64,000 nucleotides of DNA from an uncultured Muribaculaceae bacterium (GTDB lineage: Bacteria; Bacteroidota; Bacteroidia; Bacteroidales; Muribaculaceae). The notes below the pieces were generated by a model that was given only the letters and a program-made list of their open reading frames with translations, was not told where the DNA came from and made no database searches. Where the stretch lies: assembly GCA_910577585.1 (NCBI GenBank), contig CAJTNN010000001.1:8925-72924 (forward strand), read 5' to 3'. Below are positions 55,888-64,000 of this stretch, one piece after another. Every line of letters begins with the position of its first letter. The stretch's first letter is position 1. A program made the position numbers and the translations under genes.

Positions 55888-57956
55888 CCACATCGCAGCC
55901 GTCCTCTGCCGACGCGACTGCAGTAGCCCCCTCCCCGGCCGCGACGCCGACTGCGGATATCGCCGACCCCGACGGGGAGTCGGCTTTCGGTGCTTACTCT
56001 ATGTTTGATGAGGCTGAGCGCCCGGCGTCTGCCGATGATTCGGTGCCCCCGATGCTGCGGCGCATCAATTCGCCGGCGGACCTGCGGAAACTTCCGGCGG
56101 CGGCGCTCCCTCAGGTGTGCGCCGACCTGCGCAGATTCCTGATTGACTCGCTGGCTGAGAACCCCGGACACTTCGCTTCAAGCATGGGGGCGGTAGAGAT
56201 TATCGTGGCGCTGCATTATGTGTTCAACACTCCGGATGACCGCATCGTCTTTGATGTGGGGCATCAGGCTTATGCCCATAAGCTGCTCACCGGGCGACGC
56301 GACCTCTTCAAGTCGCAACGCACTCTGGGGGGCCTCTCCGGATTCCCGAATCCGATGGAGTCGGACTATGACACCTTCATGGCCGGTCACGCCTCCAATT
56401 CGATATCGGCGGCGCTCGGCATGGCTATCGCCGACAAACTGACTCCGGGCTGTGAAAACCGCAAGACGGTGGCCGTAATCGGCGATGCCTCTATCAGCGG
56501 CGGTCTGGCTTTCGAGGGGCTGAATAATGCGGCCAATAACCCCAACGACCTGCTTATCATACTTAATGATAATGAGATGAGCATCGACGATAATGTCGGT
56601 GCGCTGCATCGCTATCTCTCGGAACTTTCGACCTCGCTGCGTTATAATAATCTGCGCAAGCGGGTCTATGATTTCTTCCGCACCAAAGGTTATATCGGCG
56701 ACAATGGCAAGGGGCGCATCCTGCGCTTCAACAATTCGCTTAAGGCGCTGATATCAAAGCAACAGAATATCTTCGAGGGACTCAACATCCGCTATTTCGG
56801 CCCGTTCGATGGCAATGACGTGGAGAAAGTGGTGAAGGTGCTGGGTGAAATCAAGGATATGAAGGGCCCGCGCATACTGCATCTGCACACTGTGAAGGGG
56901 AAGGGTTTCCCGAAGGCTGAGCAGGACCCGACCACATGGCATGCGCCGGGCAAGTTCTGCGCTGCCACAGGCGAGCGGGTGAAGCTGGCCAACCCCGACC
57001 CGCGTCAGCTATGGCAGGAGGTGTTTGGCGAGACACTGGTGAAACTGGCCACCGACAACGACCGCATCGTGGGCATCACGGCAGCCATGCCGACGGGCAC
57101 ATCGATGATAAAGATGCTGAAGGCCTTCCCGAAGCGCACTTTCGATGTAGGCATTTCGGAGGGGCATGCGGTGACTTTCGCCGGAGGACTGGCGGCGGCG
57201 GGGAAACACCCGTTTGTGGCAATATACTCTTCGTTTCTGCAACGCGCCTATGACAATATCATCCATGATGTGTGCATCCAGAATCTGCCGGTGACATTCT
57301 GCATCGACCGCGCAGGTCTGGTAGGCGAGGATGGTGTGACCCACCATGGCCTCTTCGACCTCGTGTATCTGCGCTGCATCCCCAACATGATGATTGCCGC
57401 GCCGATGGATGCCCCCACTCTGCGCAGCCTGATGCTGACAGCTTCGATGCACGACGGACCGATGGCCATACGCTATCCGCGCGGCAAGGCTCCGGCCGAG
57501 AGTAGTCCGGTGCTTCCGAAAGTGCTCTCGCCAGGCAAGTCCCGTTGTCTGACATCTGTCGAGGGGGCTAAGGTGGCTCTGCTCTCAATCGGCGAGATTG
57601 GCAATGAGGCTGCTGAGGCGGCCCGCCGGCTGAATGCTGACGGAATCGCGTGCGAGCATTATGATATGATCTGGCTCAAACCGCTCGATGAGGAGGCCAT
57701 GCAGCGTATCGCTGCCCGCTATGACTTCATCGTGAGCGTGGAGGATGGCGCCCGCGAGGGGGGCTTCGGCTCAGCTGTCTCGCAATGGCTCGATGAGTGG
57801 CACACGGGGCATAAGCAGACCCACATTCCGACGCACGTCACTCTCGGCATACCCGACAAGTGGATTGCTCAGGGGAGTGTGCCTCAATTGCGCGCACTGG
57901 CCGGCATAGATGCCGACTCTATCGAGAGTGCCGTGAGAAAATGCTTCGGGAAATAA
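55839..57956 (+). CDS. dxs: 1-deoxy-D-xylulose-5-phosphate synthase (true start may be 56001 or 56052)
   Basis: INSPADLRKL, FDVGHQAYAHK, IGDASISGG...LNDNEM TPP motif, DRAGLVGEDGVTHHG, IRYPRG. Confidence 0.95.
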   Translation: MEEIHPAPAGKAEEGLTTSQPSSADATAVAPSPAATPTADIADPDGESAFGAYSMFDEAERPASADDSVPPMLRRINSPADLRKLPAAALPQVCADLRRFLIDSLAENPGHFASSMGAVEIIVALHYVFNTPDDRIVFDVGHQAYAHKLLTGRRDLFKSQRTLGGLSGFPNPMESDYDTFMAGHASNSISAALGMAIADKLTPGCENRKTVAVIGDASISGGLAFEGLNNAANNPNDLLIILNDNEMSIDDNVGALHRYLSELSTSLRYNNLRKRVYDFFRTKGYIGDNGKGRILRFNNSLKALISKQQNIFEGLNIRYFGPFDGNDVEKVVKVLGEIKDMKGPRILHLHTVKGKGFPKAEQDPTTWHAPGKFCAATGERVKLANPDPRQLWQEVFGETLVKLATDNDRIVGITAAMPTGTSMIKMLKAFPKRTFDVGISEGHAVTFAGGLAAAGKHPFVAIYSSFLQRAYDNIIHDVCIQNLPVTFCIDRAGLVGEDGVTHHGLFDLVYLRCIPNMMIAAPMDAPTLRSLMLTASMHDGPMAIRYPRGKAPAESSPVLPKVLSPGKSRCLTSVEGAKVALLSIGEIGNEAAEAARRLNADGIACEHYDMIWLKPLDEEAMQRIAARYDFIVSVEDGAREGGFGSAVSQWLDEWHTGHKQTHIPTHVTLGIPDKWIAQGSVPQLRALAGIDADSIESAVRKCFGK

Positions 57957-57971
57957 CCTAAGACTAAGCAA

Positions 57972-59306
57972 ATGAAAATCATCATCGCCGGAGCCGGCGA
58001 AGTCGGCACTCATCTCGCCAAGATGCTCTCCAACGAGGATCAGGATATAATTCTGCTCGACAACGACCAGTCTAAACTGGACGCCATCGACAATAATTAT
58101 AATCTGATGACCTACAACGGGAGCACGTCGTCGTTCAACACACTGCGCGAGGTGGGTGTAGATGAGTGCGACCTGTATATTGCCGTCACCCCTTTTGAGA
58201 CCCGCAACATCACATCCTGCTCTATCGCCAAGCGACTGGGGGCAAAGAAGACTGTGGCGCGTATCGACAATTCGGAGTTTCTGCAGCCACAGAATGGCCG
58301 GATTCTGAAGGAGGTGGGGGCTGACTTCCTTATCTACCCTGAGAATCTCGCTGCCAATGAGATTGATATGGCTATGGCGCATAACTGGGCGCGTTACTGG
58401 GGTGAGCTCCACGGCGGCCAGCTGGTGCTGATAGGGGTGAAGCTGCGCGGTGAGTCGAAACTTATCGACATGCAGCTGAAGGATATCACTTTCGCCCGCC
58501 ATGACTTCCATGTGGCGGCTATCAAACGAAATAATGAGACCATCATCCCCACGGGCCATGATGAGCTGAAGCGCGATGATATAGTCTATTTCATCACCAC
58601 GCCGCAGTTTATCGATGAGGTGCGTGAGCTCTGCGGCAAGCGCAAGCGTGTGATACGCAAGGCAATGATTATGGGAGCCACGCGCATCACCTCGCGTTTC
58701 GCCCAGCTATATAGCGAGAAATATGACCTGCGCATCATCGAGCAGGACAGGGCTGTGTGCGAGACGTTTGCCACACGCTTCCCGGCTTGCGAGGTGATAT
58801 GCGGCGATGCGCGCGACATCGAGGTGCTGCGCGAGAACAACATCTATCAGTACGATGCTTTCCTGGCGCTGACCGATTCGTCAGAGACCAATATCCTCTC
58901 TTGTCTTACGGCCAAGGAGTTCGGTGTGCCGAAGACGATTGCTGATGTCGAGAATCTGCAATTCTTCTCGCAGGCCGAAAATCTGAACATCGGCACTATC
59001 CTAAATAAGAAACTTCTGGCTTCGTCGAGAATCTTCAAGGTGCTTCTTGATGCTGACGAGAGTAATGAGAAGTTCCTGATGCTGGCCGATGCCGAGGTGG
59101 CAGAGATGCAGGCGAAGCCTGATTCGAAAATCACGAAGGCTCCGGTGCGCAATCTGCGCCTCCCCTTCGGCATGACGCTGGCGGCACTGGTCAGAGGTGA
59201 GTCTTGCGAGCTTATCAGCGGTCAGACCCACATCGAGCCGGGCGACTATGTGGTGGTCTTCTGCCTGTCGGGCACATTCTCGAAGGTGCAGAAGTGGTTT
59301 TCATGA
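57972..59306 (+). CDS. trkA: Trk potassium uptake NAD-binding subunit
   Basis: MKIIIAGAGEVG; two RCK_N/RCK_C repeats. Confidence 0.95.
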   Translation: MKIIIAGAGEVGTHLAKMLSNEDQDIILLDNDQSKLDAIDNNYNLMTYNGSTSSFNTLREVGVDECDLYIAVTPFETRNITSCSIAKRLGAKKTVARIDNSEFLQPQNGRILKEVGADFLIYPENLAANEIDMAMAHNWARYWGELHGGQLVLIGVKLRGESKLIDMQLKDITFARHDFHVAAIKRNNETIIPTGHDELKRDDIVYFITTPQFIDEVRELCGKRKRVIRKAMIMGATRITSRFAQLYSEKYDLRIIEQDRAVCETFATRFPACEVICGDARDIEVLRENNIYQYDAFLALTDSSETNILSCLTAKEFGVPKTIADVENLQFFSQAENLNIGTILNKKLLASSRIFKVLLDADESNEKFLMLADAEVAEMQAKPDSKITKAPVRNLRLPFGMTLAALVRGESCELISGQTHIEPGDYVVVFCLSGTFSKVQKWFS

Positions 59307-59469
59307 CCCTCCCCCCCCCGACTTCGGCCCATATGACCCGCACCCGGGCGCTTCCCCTTCGATAGACCTCCACGCCTCTATGTGCTGCGCCCTTCGATAT
59401 CCGCACACCGTATCCATGCGCTGGGCCCACCCCAATTGATTCCATTCATCTATATCCCCATTTACCGAC

Positions 59470-60948
59470 GTGACCCCATTCTTCCGACATAAGGCTTACA
59501 TCAACTACCGCATGCTGTTGCGCGTCATAGGCTGGCTGCTTATGACCGAAGCGGGCATAATGACTATACCCTGCATCGTAGGCATGTGCTACGGCGAGGG
59601 TTCGGCTCTGCAGTTTCTGCTCTGCATCGGCATCACGGCGGCCTGCGGCCTGGGCTTGATGAGCCTGCGGCCGAAGTCGCGCGACATGGGTAAGCGTGAG
59701 GCTGTGCTGCTGACTGCTATGACGTGGGTGATCCTTTCGCTTTTCGGCATGTTGCCATTCCTGGTGTGCGGCACACATTTCTCGGTCAGTTCGGCTTTCT
59801 TCGAGACAATGAGCGGATTCACCACCACCGGCGCCTCTGTGCTCGACACTCTCGAGGGTGTCCCCCATTCTATCCTGCTATGGCGATGCATAGCGCAATG
59901 GATCGGGGGCCTGGGTATCATTCTCTTTACACTGGCTATAGTGCCGATGCTGAATTATCAGGGTGGCATACAGCTCTTCAATGCCGAAGTCACCGGCATC
60001 ACCCACGACAAGCTGCGCCCGCGCGTAGGGAGCACTTCAAAGGGACTATGGATGGTGTATATCTGTCTGACCGCCCTCCTTTTCATCCTGCTCATATGTT
60101 CTGATATGGGGTTCTTCGATGCGTTGTGCTATGCGTTGTCTACGATGTCCACCGGCGGGTTCGCCAACTCCGATATGTCGCTCGGACAATGGGATAGCAA
60201 TTACATCAAGATTGTGATGACCATCTTCATGTTTCTGGGAGGCGTGAATTTCTCTCTGCTTTTCAAGGCGGCCAACGGCCAATGGAAGGGACTCTTCGAT
60301 AATGATGCGCTGCGCACCTATCTGTGGATTATACTGATATGCTTCTCGGTCTTCACCATCAATATCGCGGTGCAGCATCTCGGCTCTGACTGGACCGATT
60401 TCACTATCGACCCGCTCTTCCAGGCTGTGTCGATTCTCTCCTCGACAGGCATCACCGAACCCGACTTCAACGACTGGGGACCGGTAAGCGTGATTATCCT
60501 TATCATCATGATGGTGATGGGGGCCTGCGCCGGAAGTACCTCAGGGGGCGCCAAAATCGACCGTTTCATCATTCTGGGCAAGTTTCTTAAGAATGAGTTC
60601 TACCGAATGATGCACCCGAATGCAATCCGCACAGTGGTCATCAACGGCAAGGGGACTCCGAATCCGATTGTGATGAAGACACTGGCCTTCCTCTTCATGT
60701 ATATCATCGTCATTACACTGGGGGCCATCTCACTGATGGTGTGCGGACTCCCGCTGCGCGACGGCTTCTTCTGCGCTCTTTCGGCAGTGAGCAACACCGG
60801 ACTCGGCACCGACATCACCGGCCTCGAAGGAAATTATTCATATGTAGCCGACACAGCGAAATGGATTCTGTCGTTTCTGATGCTCACCGGGCGTCTGGAG
60901 CTCTACACCGTCCTTTTGCTCTTCACCCCCGGCTTCTGGAAGAAATAA
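59470..60948 (+). CDS. trkH: Trk potassium uptake membrane subunit
   Basis: FETMSGFTTTG, STGG, GACAGSTSGG, SNTG pore loops, GRLE. Confidence 0.95.
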   Translation: MTPFFRHKAYINYRMLLRVIGWLLMTEAGIMTIPCIVGMCYGEGSALQFLLCIGITAACGLGLMSLRPKSRDMGKREAVLLTAMTWVILSLFGMLPFLVCGTHFSVSSAFFETMSGFTTTGASVLDTLEGVPHSILLWRCIAQWIGGLGIILFTLAIVPMLNYQGGIQLFNAEVTGITHDKLRPRVGSTSKGLWMVYICLTALLFILLICSDMGFFDALCYALSTMSTGGFANSDMSLGQWDSNYIKIVMTIFMFLGGVNFSLLFKAANGQWKGLFDNDALRTYLWIILICFSVFTINIAVQHLGSDWTDFTIDPLFQAVSILSSTGITEPDFNDWGPVSVIILIIMMVMGACAGSTSGGAKIDRFIILGKFLKNEFYRMMHPNAIRTVVINGKGTPNPIVMKTLAFLFMYIIVITLGAISLMVCGLPLRDGFFCALSAVSNTGLGTDITGLEGNYSYVADTAKWILSFLMLTGRLELYTVLLLFTPGFWKK

Positions 60949-60961
60949 CTTCCGGAAGGGG

Positions 60962-61001
60962 AAAAAAGTCTCCCGGAGCGCGCATGCCGCACTCCGGGAG
61001 A
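60962..61001. terminator. Terminator between convergent trkH and the 61044-61961 gene
   Basis: AAAAAAG-TCTCCCGGAG...CTCCGGGAGA. Confidence 0.7.
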
Positions 61002-61043
61002 ATGAGTTGTTTTTCGCTTGGGTCGTGGGAGGACTACCTTATA

Positions 61044-61961
61044 TTATTCGGCTGCGTAAAGTGCCTTGGCGAAGTCTCCGAGTCCGTCAGCTCCGGGAAG
61101 TCCGGGATAAGCTGCTGTGAGGGCTGTCACAAAGCTCTCTGCATCGGACTGCGATGCGCGAAGCTGCTGAACTTTTTTGAGGTAGTCGATAAGGAATCTC
61201 ACATCGTCGGCCGTGCCGGGAAGGCCATGACTCCCTACGAATAATTTTGCTCCGGTGGCGAGGGCTTGCTCAAGTTCGGCGATTCTGGCCTCTACTCCAG
61301 CCACTGATGAGGCGTAAAGAGCGTTGGTATGAGCCTTGGCCGGGGCAAAGTGCATATACACCACATCTTTCCCTATCAGGATATCCGCACCCGGGAAGTC
61401 ATTCGAGGCACCCTTTGTGAAGGTAAACGGCACCCCTGCAAGAGTGACTGTCGTGTCGAAAGCCACCTCTTCGGTCTTTCCGGTGGGTAGTGCCACAATG
61501 GCGTCGCCATACTGGTTGGCAAAATGCGCCATCATGCCGCTATATTCCGGACCTTTGAATACCTCTGTCATTCCTGCCGGCACAAGAAGAGTCTCCGCGC
61601 CTGTATTTCCCAAATGGAAATCTGATATGCGGTGAGCCACCGGTTTGCCAAGGGATTTGATATACTTATCATAGGTGGCCGCATTGGCCTTGAAGAGGGG
61701 CTGCTCCATCGTCACCAACGAGTCTGCACCCTCGATGATGAAGCTCGCATCATCCATCTGGTCGCCTGAAAGATAAGTGTGGAGTTTGAAGTTACCGAAA
61801 TCCTGCACATCAAAAGTGCCCACTGCAGCGCAGCACTCAGTCGACTCGCCGGCGTTGCAGCAATTCTCAGTCGTAGTCTGTGCATTGCAAGACTCACTCT
61901 GCGCCCAGGCAGCCGCACTCACAGCTACCGCACATGCGGCAATAAAAAAAAATTTCTTCAT
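61044..61961 (-). CDS. Exported protein with a degenerate metallo-beta-lactamase-like fold and a Cys-rich N-terminal segment
   Basis: Signal peptide (AWA-Q); SFIIEG..SLV..E, ISDFHLG, VGSHG, YLKKV...L...YP pattern; canonical HxHxDH is absent. Confidence 0.55.
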   Translation of the reverse strand: MKKFFFIAACAVAVSAAAWAQSESCNAQTTTENCCNAGESTECCAAVGTFDVQDFGNFKLHTYLSGDQMDDASFIIEGADSLVTMEQPLFKANAATYDKYIKSLGKPVAHRISDFHLGNTGAETLLVPAGMTEVFKGPEYSGMMAHFANQYGDAIVALPTGKTEEVAFDTTVTLAGVPFTFTKGASNDFPGADILIGKDVVYMHFAPAKAHTNALYASSVAGVEARIAELEQALATGAKLFVGSHGLPGTADDVRFLIDYLKKVQQLRASQSDAESFVTALTAAYPGLPGADGLGDFAKALYAAE

Positions 61962-62653
61962 TTTACAGTATTATATAATTGGGTTAATCTACACGAAATC
62001 AATCTCTATCCAAAGTCAGTAAATAGCTAAAAATCAACATTACTAACTTTTTGATACTGCAAAAATACAATGAATATTTCAAACACGCCACACCATCTGC
62101 CGCCACCCCTAACATCCCCTCAAAGTTACTAATACTGAATTCCAATACCTTACAACATCCATCCCATCCAACATTTATAAAATTTTAACAACAAGAGCCT
62201 ACACTCGCAGCCCCCCGTCAACAACCTCAATAAAAATGCTATACAAGAATGGCTATCTTTCCAGTAGCCGCCGTTATGTAACCCACGGCAATACAACTAT
62301 CAGCAATGACACACCCTCACTAATGCTCACAAAATCATGTATTTAACAATGTTTACAAAAGAAAATTTTAAAAAAAATTATATTTTTTTGAGATTATATT
62401 TGCATATATCAGAATCATTCATTATATTTACCGCATAAAAACTACACCATGTGCTCTTAAAACAACGTTTTGAGTATTTATATTCTCTCAAGCAATCAGC
62501 AAATATAGATATTTGACAACCTTTTTAAGAATCGTCACATCCCAAGTTTCACCATCCCACTTTCCCTTTTAAAGGCACCGATCTGAGTATCCGCCTTTCA
62601 AAAGTCCACATATATCCACACATATATCTATTCATTCTAACACATACACTATT

Positions 62654-63383
62654 ATGAAGACGTTATCCCCCCCCCCGCAAAATCTGGATTCCGTTGTTGA
62701 TGATTCTTGGAATCCTCACCTCCCTCAACTCCAGCTGCAGCAAAGATGAGCCGGAAACGCCCGTCTATCCGTCGCAGACAGAGGTGATGGACATGCTTGT
62801 CGACTATCTGCAGAGAGGTAAGGAACCTATACATCATTTTGGAGAATTCTTCGTTCGCCCTGCCGACACAGACTTCGAAACGTTCAGAAATTCTTTTGAG
62901 TATATGAACGACATCATGGACTACGATTTGATGTGGAAAGTAGAAGTAGAGGGATACGCCAAAGCAATCTTCTTCAGAACCACGCCAATGCAGACAATAC
63001 CAATCTCTGCAAACGGAGGGACCATCATTCTCTCTAAGGAGAACAAAATGGGGAAATTCGAAATATTTAAGACCATTCCTAATACTTCTGCCTCATTAGA
63101 GGATTGGGAAAATGGGAATGCCGATCTCGTAAAAGTGGAGCAGGTTGATGACAACACTTTTAAAATTCACTTTCCACCCAGAGATAAAGAGTCAGCTATG
63201 GAAACATCGCTTTTATTCAGAAGTGAGAATAAACTTCGAGCCGCATCCGATCCCTCAAAGCGTTGCTACTATATGCTTCCGCTGCATATCATCTGGTTCC
63301 CTGCTAAAGAGAATTATGACTATCGGCCGGAATGGCTTATGAAGTATTACGAAATATACAGCACCGAATACTTCGAGCCGTAA
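62654..63383 (+). pseudogene. AT-rich lipoprotein gene frameshifted at a C10 tract (phase-OFF allele or sequencing error)
   Basis: ATG at 62654 stops at TGA 62747-62749 with C10 (62667-62676); C9 gives MKTLSPPRKIWIPLLMILGILTSLNSSC-SKDEPE, continuous with ORF 62694-63383. Confidence 0.7.
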
Positions 63384-63450
63384 GAATCCATATAACTAAC
63401 GCTATATTTTAAGAGCCTCCTCTCCTTAAGCATCCCATATCATCGACCGA

Positions 63451-63492
63451 GATAAGGAGGATAGCCATAACGGTTATCCTCCTCTTTTTTTC
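63451..63492 (+). terminator. Intrinsic terminator after the lipoprotein gene
   Basis: AGGAGGATAGCC-ATAAC-GGTTATCCTCCT-CTTTTTT. Confidence 0.75.
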
Positions 63493-63771
63493 AGCTATTC
63501 AACTCCTATAAACGAGCATATCCGCAAGCTGGAAGGCAAGAAAAGATGGGCTACCGACACCATCTCGCAAGCCCCCCAATAATGCGTAACACAGACTCAA
63601 AATTCCCGTAAAGTTGCCCAGTATCAGAAAGTTTTGAAATTTTGAATTTTCCAAATGTTTTCCAAAATATTTTTCTTTTATCTGATAATCAGTTATTTAA
63701 AAATTTTACACACTCAAAAAGTTTCCCAAAACTTTCATTTGTGGATTATTTTTAGATTTTCACACAAATAG

Positions 63772-63803
63772 TTTGGATAGCTCTGAAAATCTTCTTATCT
63801 TTG
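63772..63803 (+). promoter_or_regulatory. -33/-7 promoter for nrdD
   Basis: TTTG (63772-63775), 20-nt spacer, TATCTTTG (63796-63803). Confidence 0.75.
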
Positions 63804-63880
63804 CAGCGGCTTTCAGAAATGGCACCCCGACGGCAACCCACTTCAGAGCCTCTATCCGCAAGATAAAAAATCTTCATCAC

Positions 63881-63910
63881 CCCCTCAAAACAATACCCCT
63901 CAAAACAATA
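63881..63910 (+). repeat. 15-bp perfect tandem duplication in the nrdD 5' UTR
   Basis: CCCCTCAAAACAATA x2. Confidence 0.8.
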
Positions 63911-63915
63911 CCGAT

Positions 63916-64000
63916 ATGATACAGCTCGTAGAGAAACGCGATGGCCGGGTAGTCGGCTACAACGAAGAGAAAATCAAGGCCGCAATACGCAAGGCCATGC
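63916..64000 (+). CDS. nrdD: N-terminus of an ATP-cone protein, probably anaerobic ribonucleoside-triphosphate reductase (truncated by window end)
   Basis: MIQLVEKRDGRVVGYNEEKIKAAIRKAM matches the ATP-cone start (KRDG...KI..AI.KA). Only 28 codons are visible, so another ATP-cone protein is not excluded. Confidence 0.7.
   Translation, partial: MIQLVEKRDGRVVGYNEEKIKAAIRKAM

Noticed and set aside
59307..59469. C-rich trkA-trkH spacer with a poly-C run (also the C8 run after rlmD) as phase-variation sites
   Set aside because: The tracts are intergenic, not in coding frames or between recognisable promoter boxes.

Overview
Mostly core-genome segment of a GC-rich Bacteroidales chromosome. The evidence is TAnnTTTG/TTTG promoters, a short primary sigma-70 lacking region 1.1, and T9SS-type C-termini; the overall style suggests a Muribaculaceae-like gut organism (inference). 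Housekeeping content includes an Upf1-like SF1 helicase, tyrA, ahpCF, crcB, rlmD, hutUIH, dnaE, trxA, htrA, rpoD, a BtuFCD/FecBCD-type ABC importer, M3/M16/S41 peptidases, trxB-lolA-ftsK, dxs, trkAH and the 5' end of nrdD. No rRNA, tRNA, CRISPR array, transposase, integrase or phage genes were recognised. The notable accessory items are: (1) a family of TA-flanked palindromic MITE-like elements (one 195-bp copy plus deleted or nested copies), with a reconstructable TA target duplication; (2) an AT-rich lipoprotein gene whose signal peptide is frameshifted at a C10 tract (candidate phase variation); (3) an AT-rich solitary Fic gene with 24-bp tandem repeats over its promoter; (4) a three-gene operon of predicted T9SS cargo (uncharacterised protein, S8 protease, triple-module LRR protein); (5) a non-canonical fluoride-riboswitch-like leader upstream of crcB; and (6) a His/Lys-tailed mini-lipoprotein bracketed by MITE copies next to the ABC importer. 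All calls come from reading the sequence only; no searches were run.
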